Below are positions 18,646 to 28,137 of a stretch of DNA of 64,000 nt, piece after piece. Location: contig CAVXRD010000002.1 of NCBI GenBank assembly GCA_963764165.1, positions 2,976,001 to 3,040,000 on the forward strand. The letters are read 5' to 3'. The DNA is from an uncultured Verrucomicrobiae bacterium. GTDB lineage: Bacteria > Verrucomicrobiota > Verrucomicrobiia > Limisphaerales > Palsa-1400. The translations under genes were made by a program, and so were the position numbers. A model generated the notes under the pieces. It saw nothing but the letters and a program-made list of their open reading frames with translations. It was not told where the DNA came from and did no database searches. Every line of letters starts with the position of its first letter. The stretch's first letter is position 1.

Positions 18646-18762
18646 CACGAGCCATCGTTGTGTTCCGCCTCATTTGTTTTATCCGCGTTCATGTGCGTCA
18701 ATCTGCGGCTAATCCGACCGGGGCATGAGCCATATCCCCCGCATTGAATCACTCCGTCAGGT

Positions 18763-18933
18763 GTGATTGAAAATGGGTGATGGACGCAGGCCGACAGGCG
18801 GAGCGCGGCTGTGTCGAAGACCAGCCGCAGCAACGTGGAATTAGCCGGCGCGCCCGGCACTGCGACGCGCTGCGGCTGGTCTTCGACACAGCCGCGCTCA
18901 AAAGCGAAATCACGCCTCACCCGCTTTCAATCA
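18763..18933. repeat. palindromic repeat pair, copy 2, nested in an outer inverted repeat
   Basis: Inner arms 18799-18831 and 18867-18899; outer tgattgaaaatgggtga / tcacccgctttcaatca. Confidence 0.8.
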
Positions 18934-19003
18934 CCCCCACTCCGTCTGGCGCGCCACTATGCTCTTGGCTTGCGGCGCGGAAACCGGAAGAATGGCCGAG
19001 GTT

Positions 19004-20635
19004 ATGACGTTTCTTCCTGTTGTGGAGCGGGAGTTGCGCGTGGCGGCGCGGAAGCGCGGCACCTATTGGGGCCGGATGCTTGCGGCCGCGGCCGGCGCCG
19101 GCATCGCCGCGTGGAGTCTTGCCGCCTCGGGCGGCGGGACACAAGTCGGCGCGGTGGTCTTCGAATCGCTCGCTGTTGTTGTGCTCCTGTATTGCGTCGT
19201 GAGCGGACTGCTTTTTTCCAGCGATTGCATCAGCGAGGAGAAACGGGAAGGGACCCTCGGTCTTCTATTCTTGACGGATCTGAAGGGCTACGATGTCGTC
19301 TTCGGGAAACTCACTTCCACCTCGATGCGGTCTCTCAATTGGATGCTGGCCGCCCTGCCTGCGCTGGCAATTTCCATCATACTTGGCGCCGTCTCCAGCG
19401 GCGAAATTGTGCGAGTGACGGTCGTCGCGCTGAATCTCTTCTTTTTTTTCCTGAGCGTGAGCTTGTTTGCCTCGTCGCTTTGCCAGCGGGACAATCGCGC
19501 GCTGGGACTGTCGGTGATGATTTCGATGCTCATCATGACCGCCATCCCGGCGCTCTTGTGGTTTCGCGCGCTGCCCATTGCCCAGCAAAAGGCGGCGGGA
19601 ATTTATTGCCCGGCCTTCGGGGCCTTTGACGCATTCGACGCTTTTCATGGGTCGTTTTCGGGAAGCTGGTTTTGGTGGAATTGCCTTGTCACACAAATTT
19701 ACGCGTGGACCCTCCTCGGGCTGGCATGCCTCATCGTGCCCGCGTCCTGGCAGGCTTCCGGCTCGGAGCGAAAGCGCAAACGCAAAGGGATGGTCAAAAC
19801 GAAATCCATTTCGGGAGGCGCGGGAACGAAGGAGGTTTTGGCGGTCAACGCCTTCCTTTGGCGCGCCACTGAAAGCGGCCAGCGAACCGTCGTCTGGCTG
19901 ATGCTGGCGGGGGTGGGAATCTTGTGGTTCGTCGGAGGCGGGATGCTGCCGGGGCCGCATTTTGAGATGGGCAAGGATCTCATCGCGCTCGGCCTCGCGG
20001 GCGCGGTCTTGAAAGTCTGGCTGGCCTTGCAGGCCAGCGCCACGCTCTCGGCTGACAGGCGGAACTCGGCCCTGGAATTGTTATTGACTACGCCGCTTCC
20101 CGAAAAAGCGATCATCGCCGGCCAGCGCATGGCGCTGTGGCGGCAATTCGCCGAGCCGGCGGTGGCCGTTTTTTTTGCCGGCATCGTCTGTCTCTTTATG
20201 GAAGTGCTGGCGGGGAAAGGCTCGAAGAATTGGGTCGACCTGCGAGATGAGCTCGTTGGGCTGCATTTAATCAGCGCGTTCTCCATGCTGGTGGATTTGG
20301 GCCTGCTCAGTTGGGTCGCGATGTGGCAGGGGCTGGTGCGGCGCAAACCAAATCACGCCGCGTTTGTGGCGGTGCTGCAAGTCCTGGTGGTTCCGTACGC
20401 CCTGTTTTTTGTCTTCTACGCGATTGCGCCCCTTTCGGCCATTGACCCTCTCAACATCCTGGTCTTCACGGGCCTCATCGGGCTGGTTTCGGGATTTCTT
20501 TTTGCGCAGCACGCCAACTCGCGCCTGCTGGTTTGGTTCCGGAGAGTGGTGGCGGAAGGCAAGCCGCCAACGCTGCGCGAGGCGGCCATCGAAGAGGAAA
20601 TGAGGGACGCCGCGCTGGAGGCAAGATGCAATTAA
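19004..20635 (+). CDS. ABC-2-type permease-like membrane protein, paralog 1
   Basis: LPVVERELRV, SEEKREGTLGLLFLTDL and DRRNSALELLLTTPL; many TM segments. Confidence 0.85.
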   Translation: MTFLPVVERELRVAARKRGTYWGRMLAAAAGAGIAAWSLAASGGGTQVGAVVFESLAVVVLLYCVVSGLLFSSDCISEEKREGTLGLLFLTDLKGYDVVFGKLTSTSMRSLNWMLAALPALAISIILGAVSSGEIVRVTVVALNLFFFFLSVSLFASSLCQRDNRALGLSVMISMLIMTAIPALLWFRALPIAQQKAAGIYCPAFGAFDAFDAFHGSFSGSWFWWNCLVTQIYAWTLLGLACLIVPASWQASGSERKRKRKGMVKTKSISGGAGTKEVLAVNAFLWRATESGQRTVVWLMLAGVGILWFVGGGMLPGPHFEMGKDLIALGLAGAVLKVWLALQASATLSADRRNSALELLLTTPLPEKAIIAGQRMALWRQFAEPAVAVFFAGIVCLFMEVLAGKGSKNWVDLRDELVGLHLISAFSMLVDLGLLSWVAMWQGLVRRKPNHAAFVAVLQVLVVPYALFFVFYAIAPLSAIDPLNILVFTGLIGLVSGFLFAQHANSRLLVWFRRVVAEGKPPTLREAAIEEEMRDAALEARCN

Positions 20636-20645
20636 AAGTCGGCAA

Positions 20646-20742
20646 GGTAGGGACGCCTGTGGGAGGCGGAACTTCCGCCCGAGGCGTCCGGTTGCGCGTG
20701 AACAGCACCTCACCCCGGACGCCTCGGCGAGGCGTCCCTACC
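20646..20742. repeat. GTAG-type REP pair (family A) with a nested hairpin
   Basis: ggtagggacgcct[gtgggaggcggaacttccgcc]cgaggcgtcc ... ggacgcctcggcgaggcgtccctacc. Confidence 0.9.
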
Positions 20743-20798
20743 TCGCTTCGCGACCGAAAATCTCACGCCTTTCTAATGAAGCCGATGGAGGCCAGGCG

Positions 20799-22418
20799 AT
20801 GACCGTTCTGCCGGTGGTGGAGCGGGAGTTGCTGGTGGCATCGCGGCACAAAGGGACCTACTGGGGGCGGTTCGCGGCCGGCCTGGCGGGCGCTGGAATC
20901 GCGGCTGGCCTGTTCCAAACGATGAAGGGGCCGGAAGAGAAGGAGATCGGCATCATGCTCATTTACTGCATGAGCGCGGTCATTTTTCTTTACGCGCTTG
21001 TTGCCGGAATTCTGTCCACCTGCGATTGCCTGAGCGAGGAGAAGCGCGAAGGCACGCTCGGGTTGTTATTCTTGACAGACCTGAAGGGTTATGATGTTGT
21101 CCTGGGCAAACTCGCCGCGTCATCGCTGCACACGCTTTACGGCATGCTCGCCCTCGTTCCGATGCTGGCGATTCCATTCATTCTTGGCGGCGTCGATCTG
21201 GCGGAGATGCTGCGGGTGGTGGTCGTCTCCATTAATTTGCTTCTCTTTTCCCTGGGCGCCGGCTTGTTCGCGTCCTCGATTTGCCGGCGCGACCATTGGG
21301 CGATGAGCGCGGCGGGCTTGATTGGATTATTCATCTTGACGGCGGGGCCGATTGCCTCGAATTTTCCGCCGTTCGCGCAATTTTCAATTCTGATGAATCT
21401 GAGCCCGGCCAACGGCTGTTTCCTGGCCTTTGACGCATTGTACAACTTGGCTCCCGCCAGCAATCATTTTGCGTTTTGGGAGAACGCGGCGATCACACAG
21501 ATCTATTTTTTGGTGTTCTTCTTCGCCGCCTGCCGCATCGTCCCGCAGTCGTGGCAGGACGCCGCGTTCGGCCAAAAATCTTCCCGCCGCCAGAATGCGG
21601 CCGCCGCGGGCCGAATCCATTCGCGGAGGGAATTGCTGGACATAAATCCTTTCCTGTGGCGCGCGGCCCGTGATCACAAGAGGTGGGTGATGCCGGCGGC
21701 GCTGGTGGCGATATTCATGATGTGGCTGGGAGTCTGCCGATTAATGCATTTGGAGCCGATGGAGGAATCCATGGATTTTCTTTTCTTCATCGCGGCCGGA
21801 TTCGTTTTGAAACTGTGGATGGCAACCGCCGCCGCGCGGACATTTTCCGAGGACCGGCGCAACGGCGGTTTTGAGCTGCTGCTGAGCACACCGATCAGCG
21901 AGGGCGATATCATTCGCGGCCAGCTCGCGGCGTTGTGGCGGCAATTCGCCTGGCCCCTGGCAGGAATACTGGTCTTGTGGGGGGCCTTCACCCTCGTCGG
22001 CGCGCGCCACATCACAGATCGCGCCGAGTATTTTGAGTGGCGAATCTACTACATATTTTTTCTCGGGGCGGATCTGGCTGCGCTGGGCTGGGACGGGATG
22101 TGGCTCGGATTGATTTCCCGGAAACCAAATCGCGGGGCGTGGCTCGCCTTCTTTCGAATCGTGGCGCTTCCCACCTTGGTTTGGTGTGTGGCATTTATCG
22201 TGTTTGTCATCGCGAAACCGAATTTAAATGATCGTCTTCCCAAAGTGGCATTGAACCTCGCCATCTTGATCGCCCTGGTCACTGATATGCTTGTGGGAGT
22301 GACGTCCGCGTTGCGCCTGCACGAGCAATTCCGCGCCATTGCCGCCCAGGGACTCGAAAGAAAAGCGCCGCCGGCGCCCGCGCGCGCGCCAACGCCGGCT
22401 CTCGTCGAAGCTTCATGA
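20799..22418 (+). CDS. ABC-2-type permease-like membrane protein, paralog 2
   Basis: Same motifs: SEEKREGTLGLLFLTDL and EDRRNGGFELLLSTP. Confidence 0.85.
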   Translation: MTVLPVVERELLVASRHKGTYWGRFAAGLAGAGIAAGLFQTMKGPEEKEIGIMLIYCMSAVIFLYALVAGILSTCDCLSEEKREGTLGLLFLTDLKGYDVVLGKLAASSLHTLYGMLALVPMLAIPFILGGVDLAEMLRVVVVSINLLLFSLGAGLFASSICRRDHWAMSAAGLIGLFILTAGPIASNFPPFAQFSILMNLSPANGCFLAFDALYNLAPASNHFAFWENAAITQIYFLVFFFAACRIVPQSWQDAAFGQKSSRRQNAAAAGRIHSRRELLDINPFLWRAARDHKRWVMPAALVAIFMMWLGVCRLMHLEPMEESMDFLFFIAAGFVLKLWMATAAARTFSEDRRNGGFELLLSTPISEGDIIRGQLAALWRQFAWPLAGILVLWGAFTLVGARHITDRAEYFEWRIYYIFFLGADLAALGWDGMWLGLISRKPNRGAWLAFFRIVALPTLVWCVAFIVFVIAKPNLNDRLPKVALNLAILIALVTDMLVGVTSALRLHEQFRAIAAQGLERKAPPAPARAPTPALVEAS

Positions 22419-23917
22419 CCACATTGCCCATTGTGCGGCGCGAACTGCGCGTTTCTTCCCGGCGCAAGGTGATTTTTTATGTGCGCGCGGCGGGAGCCCT
22501 GCTGGCCAGTGCCATGGGATTTTTTCTGCTGCTGTTCTCGTACCTTGCCGGCCCAAGCGTGGCCGGGGCGACCATCCTTTCAGGGCTTTCCTGGTACGCC
22601 TTTCTGCTGGCGATTCTGGCGGGTTTGTTTTTGGCGGCGGATTCTCTCAGCGAAGAACGGAGGGAGGGAACCCTCGGATTATTATTCTTGACAGACCTGA
22701 GGGGCTACGACGTGGTGTTTGGCAAGTTCGTGGCAGTTTCGCTGAATGCGTTTTACGGGCTGCTGGCGGTGTTTCCGATCATGGCCATTTCCCTGCTGGC
22801 TGGCGGAGTGGAAAACGCGGAATTCTGGCGGGTCTGCCTCGCTCTGCTCAACGTGCTCTTCGTTTCGATTTCGTTTTGCATGTTCGTTTCTTCCGGCAGC
22901 CGGTCTTCGAGCAAAGCGATGGGAGTCTCGATTGCGGTGATGGTCTGCTGGATTCTGGCCTCCAAAATCATCCAGTTGACTGGCAGGGACAGATTCAACT
23001 GCATCAGCCCGTTTGAAGCCTTTTTCATCTGCCGCCAGGCGGATTATTTCCGACTGGCGAGGGAATACTGGATCTCGCTGGCCGGATCTCATCTGATTGG
23101 ATGGCTCCTTTTGTTCCTGGCGGGCTGGCGGCTGCGAAGGTTTGCTGACAAGCATAAAGAAGAAGCCAAATCGCAAAACATATTCACGAAAGACCTTCTT
23201 AAAGGCGATACCGTCCGGCGCGCCCGGTCGTTGGAAATTAATCCGATACTATGGCTGCTGGACGATTCCAGGCGTGTGCGAGGAGTGGTGTGGGCGCTGT
23301 CGGCCATCGGGGTGGTTATCCTTTCCATCGCCTCGCAATTCGCGGCCGGTGGCCCCATCTTCTTCGCCGGTTGGCTGCTGTGGCCGATTTACTTCCTGTT
23401 AAAACTGATGTTTGCCGTCCAATCCTGCCGTTTCTTCTCGGAGGCCAGGCGCACGGGCGCGCTCGAACTGCTCTTTTGCACACCTCTGACGATGCGCTCC
23501 GTGATACGCGGGCAGGAGATGGCCCTGCGCAGAATTTACCTTTGGCCCGTGGCGATCCTGCTTGGCGTCCACTTAATAATCTTATTGACAAGCATGGGCC
23601 AGGCTCTCAGTTTTTTTCCGAAGGGAGGTTTTCCGGGAATCCTTTTGATCTTTCAGGAATACAAAGTGATCGTGAACAATGTCGCCGACTTTTTTGCGCT
23701 GATGTGGTTCGGGATGTGGATGGGATTGACGCAGCGGCCGAACATGGCGACGGGTTTGACCATCCTGCTCGTGCTCATCGTGCCGATCGCGCTGGTTTGC
23801 ATTCCCCAGTTTATCACGGATGCGATCTTCATCACGATTGGCCTGGTGAAATTATCCGAGGATTTCCGCCTGCGGGGAGCGGAATTTCTGCCAGCCAAGC
23901 CGGTCTCGAGCATGTAG
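22415..23917 (+). CDS. ABC-2-type permease-like membrane protein, paralog 3
   Basis: SEERREGTLGLLFLTDL and EARRTGALELLFCTPL; ATGA overlap with paralog 2. Confidence 0.85.
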   Translation: MTTLPIVRRELRVSSRRKVIFYVRAAGALLASAMGFFLLLFSYLAGPSVAGATILSGLSWYAFLLAILAGLFLAADSLSEERREGTLGLLFLTDLRGYDVVFGKFVAVSLNAFYGLLAVFPIMAISLLAGGVENAEFWRVCLALLNVLFVSISFCMFVSSGSRSSSKAMGVSIAVMVCWILASKIIQLTGRDRFNCISPFEAFFICRQADYFRLAREYWISLAGSHLIGWLLLFLAGWRLRRFADKHKEEAKSQNIFTKDLLKGDTVRRARSLEINPILWLLDDSRRVRGVVWALSAIGVVILSIASQFAAGGPIFFAGWLLWPIYFLLKLMFAVQSCRFFSEARRTGALELLFCTPLTMRSVIRGQEMALRRIYLWPVAILLGVHLIILLTSMGQALSFFPKGGFPGILLIFQEYKVIVNNVADFFALMWFGMWMGLTQRPNMATGLTILLVLIVPIALVCIPQFITDAIFITIGLVKLSEDFRLRGAEFLPAKPVSSM

Positions 23918-23933
23918 CGGCGGGGTGAATCTC

Positions 23934-24053
23934 GGTAGGGCGAGGCTCCCGCCGAGCCGTCCTATTAGTCCCATAACTCTCATAATTCCCACCTTCCCAT
24001 TAAAATGGGACTGATGGGAATAATGGGAAGGCTCGGCAGGAGCCTCGCCCTGC
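23934..24053. repeat. GTAG-type REP pair (family B) enclosing a cccataa/atggga repeat pair
   Basis: ggtagggcgaggctcccgccgagcc ... ggctcggcaggagcctcgccctgcc. Confidence 0.88.
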
Positions 24054-24131
24054 CGCGTTTCGTTTTTACGGCGCCAAATTCATCCAAGAGTTGCGAACCC
24101 GGCGGGCGGCGTTAAAGTCTAGTTATAACTT

Positions 24132-24950
24132 ATGAAAATCTCACTCACTCGCTGCATTCTGATTTTGTCGCTGGCCCTGGCATCCGGACAGATCGCCCGC
24201 GCCGCGGAACCGATACACGCGCTGCTGATCTGCGGCGGCTGCTGCCACGATTACGAAGCCCAGAAAAAATTGTTGACAGATGGAATCAGCGCCCGCGCCA
24301 ATGTCACTTGGGACATCATGCTGGAGGGCGGCAGTTCCAAGGGAGGCGTCGACCGCAATCATCGCATGGCCATTTACGAAAAGGAGGATTGGGCCAAAGG
24401 CTACGACGTGGTCGTGCATGACGAATGCTTTGGCGATGTCACGAATGTCGATTTCATCAATCACATCGCCAAGGCGCATTTTGAAGGCGTGCCGGCGGTG
24501 GTCATCCACTGCGCGATCCACAGTTATCGAAAATCAAAAACCGATGAATGGCGCAAGCTGCTTGGAGTCAGCTCCTATTATCACGACGCGGCGAGAAAAT
24601 TTGAAGTCAACAATATAAAACCCGAGCATCCCATCATGAAGGGATTTCCGGCTGTCTGGCATGACCCGGCCCCGGATGAATTGTACCGAATGAAAGTGCT
24701 CTGGCCGGATTGCGTGCCGCTGGCCAAAACCGTCGCCATCACCAACGGCCCCGACACGACGTGCATCTGGGTGAACACCTACGGCAAAGCGCGTGTGTTC
24801 GGAACCACGCTCGGCCACGACAACAAGACTGTTTCCGATAATGTGTATTTGGACATGGTCACCCGCGGCTTGCTGTGGGCTTGCGGCAAATTGGATGACA
24901 AGGGCGATCCGCTGCCCGGGTATGGGAAGCCGAAGCCGGACGCGAAATAG
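24132..24950 (+). CDS. secreted ThuA-like domain protein
   Basis: Signal peptide; GGCCHDY, YDVVVHDEC, HPIMKG, DELY and RVFGTTLGH. Confidence 0.88.
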   Translation: MKISLTRCILILSLALASGQIARAAEPIHALLICGGCCHDYEAQKKLLTDGISARANVTWDIMLEGGSSKGGVDRNHRMAIYEKEDWAKGYDVVVHDECFGDVTNVDFINHIAKAHFEGVPAVVIHCAIHSYRKSKTDEWRKLLGVSSYYHDAARKFEVNNIKPEHPIMKGFPAVWHDPAPDELYRMKVLWPDCVPLAKTVAITNGPDTTCIWVNTYGKARVFGTTLGHDNKTVSDNVYLDMVTRGLLWACGKLDDKGDPLPGYGKPKPDAK

Positions 24951-24960
24951 ACACTGCTAA

Positions 24961-25063
24961 GGCAGGGACGCCTCGCCGAGGCGTCCGGGCCGACGCGTTG
25001 CATTATAGACACGCTGGAGTTTTGTGCGCCTCACCCCGGACGCCTCGGCGAGGCGTCCCTACC
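24961..25063. repeat. REP pair (family A) between convergent genes
   Basis: ggcagggacgcctcgccgaggcgtcc ... ggacgcctcggcgaggcgtccctacc. Confidence 0.9.
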
Positions 25064-25069
25064 TTGAAA

Positions 25070-27544
25070 TTAGGGCTGCGTGGACGTTCGGTAAAAGCGA
25101 TCCGTGTAATTCGTGGCGGATGCGTCTGTAAAAGTGAAATTCCCGTTCGTGTCAGCGACATTTGTGCTGACCGTTATCCAAATCGCCGGTGGCGCGAGAT
25201 TCGTGGTGGCCTGGATGTAGTAGGTGTATCCGCTCTGCCCGCTGAATGTCATCTGCACTCCCCCAGCCGGCGCCAATACGGCATTGCTCACTGTCACCGG
25301 AACTGTGCCGGAAACTGTCAAGATGACGTTTCCGCCGCTGACGGAAATTGTGGAAATGGCATTGGTTTGTGGAATGGCAGTTCCGCTTGCGCTGAATGTT
25401 CCCGTGCTTGAAATGTTTCCGCTCGCCTGCTGAATCAACACGTAGGATCCGCCCTTCAATGTCGAGCCGTTTACGGTGAATGCGTTGCCGTTGAGCGCCA
25501 GGGAACCTTCGGCGATGGTCAGCGCCGGATCGGCTCCGTCGAACGTCAATACTATGGGTCTCGAACCAAATGAAACGTTCGCCCCGCCATTCAGCGTGGC
25601 TGGCGCGGAATTGCCGCTGGCGTAAAAAGTTGTGGTGCTCCCGAGTGTGAACGCGGGTTGCGTCGAAACGTCCAGCGTTGCTCCAGCCGCCAAGTTAATG
25701 CTCGTTGAATGGCTAATGCTGCCGCTGCTCGCGAGCGCCAGTGTGCCGGCGCTGATGGTCGTCGCGCCGGTGTAGGAATTGTTGCCGCCCAGGGTCAGCG
25801 TGCCAGTGGTTGTCTTCGTGATTCCAGCCGTGCCAGCCAGCACCGCGCTCACCGTGCCGGATTGGCCCGAATAACTTGATGCGGTCAGCGAACCGTTTTC
25901 CACCGTGCCGCCCGCAAATGTCGCCGGGCCGACGGCATGGCTCGCGCCGTTCAAATTCAATGTCCCGCCGTTCACGGTGAGTGCGCCCGTTTTTGAACCC
26001 ATGGCCCCCGCTGCGTCCGCCAGCAGCGTGCCGGATTGAACGATTGTGCCGCCGGTGTAATTGTTATTCGTATCCGACAGCGTCAACGTGTGAGTCGTCC
26101 CGATAATGGTGAGGCTTCCGGGGCCGGTTATAAAGTCAGACATGGTCAGGTTCGCATTGGGATTGTCAAAAATTCCGCCACCGCTGAGCAGCGCAATCGC
26201 CGAACCGCTCAAGAGAAATGCGTCGCCAGCCGCGGTGTCGTTGTTCTGGTAGATGCCGCCGTGTTCCAAATTCAATGTCACGCCGCCGTTGCCAACATCG
26301 TGATCGGTGCCCACGACCAGCGTCGTATTCGGGCCGACGATGAATTGCGCGCTGGACGAATTCCCGGTGGCGTTGCCCGCGTTGTTAAATACCGCCACGC
26401 CTCCACCGGTGAGCGTGAAACCTGAACCGCTGAGCGTGCAATTAAAGTAAGTCGGGCTTCCCGGCGGCACGCTGATGGTCGGTGAAGCGCCGCCAAGCGT
26501 CATCGATCCCGTTCCAGAAATTGTGTAACCGGGAGTAATGAAGGTCAGGCCGTCAACCGCGACACTCGTGTTCAACGTAATCGTCCCCGCCGTTCCGCCG
26601 AACACGCCATAATCGCCGCCGAACGACCACGTCGTGTCATTGGTGCCGCTGGACCACCAATTTGACGTGGAAGTATTCCACGTGCCCGTGCCGCCGCTGC
26701 CGGGATACGCGATGGTTAAACCGGGATCCCAATAATTCGTCAATCCGCTGGGCGCGGGCGCCGTGCCTTTGCCGATCACGTAATTATTTGTAAACGCCGC
26801 GAACGTTCCATTGAACACGTCCTGGTCCACCGCTCCCGAAACACCACTGACGACATTGGTCGTGCAGTATTGCCAGAGCATCCAAGTTGACCATGGGCTT
26901 GTGCCGCTGGGACGGCCGGTTTGCGGATCGTTGTATTGATAATTGGCCATCCACAACGGCCATTGCGTCACGGTGCTGTCCAATCCCGGGCCATTGCCGG
27001 AACCGCCGTCCGCGTAGGAAATATAAGTGTAAACAATGGGTGTGACGACCACTCCGGCGGCCTTTCCGTAATTCACAATGTCCTGGCACCATTCGTTCAC
27101 CCAATCGGACAGCGTCGCCTGCGTGTAAGCGGGGCTGGCGCTGTTGACGTCCTGCTCGAAATCGAGCATCGGCATGAGATAGGCGAAGCCGTTCGTTTTG
27201 ATGTAAGGGCTGGCGATGTTCCAAAAATACGCGGCGGCGGAATCTGCGCCGGACGTGCCGATTTCCAATTCCGGATGCGCGTAATAATAGGCGCCGATCA
27301 AAACACCCGCGGACTTGGCATGCGTCTCATTGACGGCGAAATCCGCATCCTGAATGCTGAGGCCTTCGGCGGCTTTGGCCCAGGCGAAGGTGATGCCGGC
27401 ATTTTTAACGTTGGTCCAATTGATGGAACCGCCTTGGTAGCTGGAGACATCGATTCCCAACGGGCGCTGGGCTTTCGCTGATATTCCTCCCAAAATTAAA
27501 ACGGCTGCCGACAACAAGGCCGAACCGAACTTCTGCAACGACAT
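25070..27544 (-). CDS. secreted GH25 muramidase with passenger-associated beta-strand repeats and a C-terminal tail domain
   Basis: GIDVSSYQG, GAYYY, PMLDFE, WQY and VDQDVFNG; N.YTGGT / NSYTGATTISAGTL repeats. Confidence 0.88.
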   Translation of the reverse strand: MSLQKFGSALLSAAVLILGGISAKAQRPLGIDVSSYQGGSINWTNVKNAGITFAWAKAAEGLSIQDADFAVNETHAKSAGVLIGAYYYAHPELEIGTSGADSAAAYFWNIASPYIKTNGFAYLMPMLDFEQDVNSASPAYTQATLSDWVNEWCQDIVNYGKAAGVVVTPIVYTYISYADGGSGNGPGLDSTVTQWPLWMANYQYNDPQTGRPSGTSPWSTWMLWQYCTTNVVSGVSGAVDQDVFNGTFAAFTNNYVIGKGTAPAPSGLTNYWDPGLTIAYPGSGGTGTWNTSTSNWWSSGTNDTTWSFGGDYGVFGGTAGTITLNTSVAVDGLTFITPGYTISGTGSMTLGGASPTISVPPGSPTYFNCTLSGSGFTLTGGGVAVFNNAGNATGNSSSAQFIVGPNTTLVVGTDHDVGNGGVTLNLEHGGIYQNNDTAAGDAFLLSGSAIALLSGGGIFDNPNANLTMSDFITGPGSLTIIGTTHTLTLSDTNNNYTGGTIVQSGTLLADAAGAMGSKTGALTVNGGTLNLNGASHAVGPATFAGGTVENGSLTASSYSGQSGTVSAVLAGTAGITKTTTGTLTLGGNNSYTGATTISAGTLALASSGSISHSTSINLAAGATLDVSTQPAFTLGSTTTFYASGNSAPATLNGGANVSFGSRPIVLTFDGADPALTIAEGSLALNGNAFTVNGSTLKGGSYVLIQQASGNISSTGTFSASGTAIPQTNAISTISVSGGNVILTVSGTVPVTVSNAVLAPAGGVQMTFSGQSGYTYYIQATTNLAPPAIWITVSTNVADTNGNFTFTDASATNYTDRFYRTSTQP

Positions 27545-27627
27545 AACCCGCAAAACCTAGCACACAAACAAACCGTTGACAAAAAAGGCAGATTCGCGAC
27601 TCTGAATTTGAACTTCCAAGTTGCGGA

Positions 27628-27658
27628 TGTTCCCTTTTCGCGGCTTGCGGACATTATT
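27628..27658 (+). promoter_or_regulatory. putative ECF-type promoter, copy 1
   Basis: tgttcc-N14-cggacattatt, repeated at 28102-28131 ahead of the sigma gene. Confidence 0.5.
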
Positions 27659-27696
27659 GATAGGATGCCCGCATCCATTGACATCCAACGAATGAA

Positions 27697-28086
27697 ATGA
27701 AACAAATAACATCATGGACAGTTTCAGTGGCAATTTCTTTGGCAAGCCTGATCCTGGCCGGGTGCGCCGGAATGCAGCAGCTTGATAATATCACCGACGC
27801 AGTGAAAGAGGGAAAGGTTTCCGGCCTTCCTGCTTCGACTAATTACGTGGTTGGCGGAACGGTATGGAGCTTGAGCATTCCCAAGCATCCGACGGGTCCA
27901 TACTCCAAAATCAGCAGCCAGGAGATTGTAGTGCAAAAAGGAACCACGAACGAAGGCTTGTATGTGTTTTTCTGCGGAAAGTCATATCAAACCAAAGCGT
28001 GGGAGATATTCTCATGCATGAAGTGGAAAACCAATTCCTGGCAGCCGGTTCCAGTCTCGTTGGACAAAACTCCCATCAAAAACTGA
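27697..28086 (+). CDS. hypothetical lipoprotein
   Basis: LILAGC lipobox. Confidence 0.75.
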   Translation: MKQITSWTVSVAISLASLILAGCAGMQQLDNITDAVKEGKVSGLPASTNYVVGGTVWSLSIPKHPTGPYSKISSQEIVVQKGTTNEGLYVFFCGKSYQTKAWEIFSCMKWKTNSWQPVPVSLDKTPIKN

Positions 28087-28101
28087 ACGCTCCGTCGCAG
28101 G

Positions 28102-28131
28102 TGTTCCTTTTTTCAGCCTGCGGACATTATT
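28102..28131 (+). promoter_or_regulatory. putative autoregulated ECF promoter, copy 2
   Basis: tgttcc-N13-cggacattatt, 6 nt before the sigma ATG. Confidence 0.5.
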
Positions 28132-28137
28132 AAATGG

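Noticed and set aside
9000..18950. Prophage
   Set aside because: No integrase, terminase, capsid or tail genes; no tRNA attachment site seen
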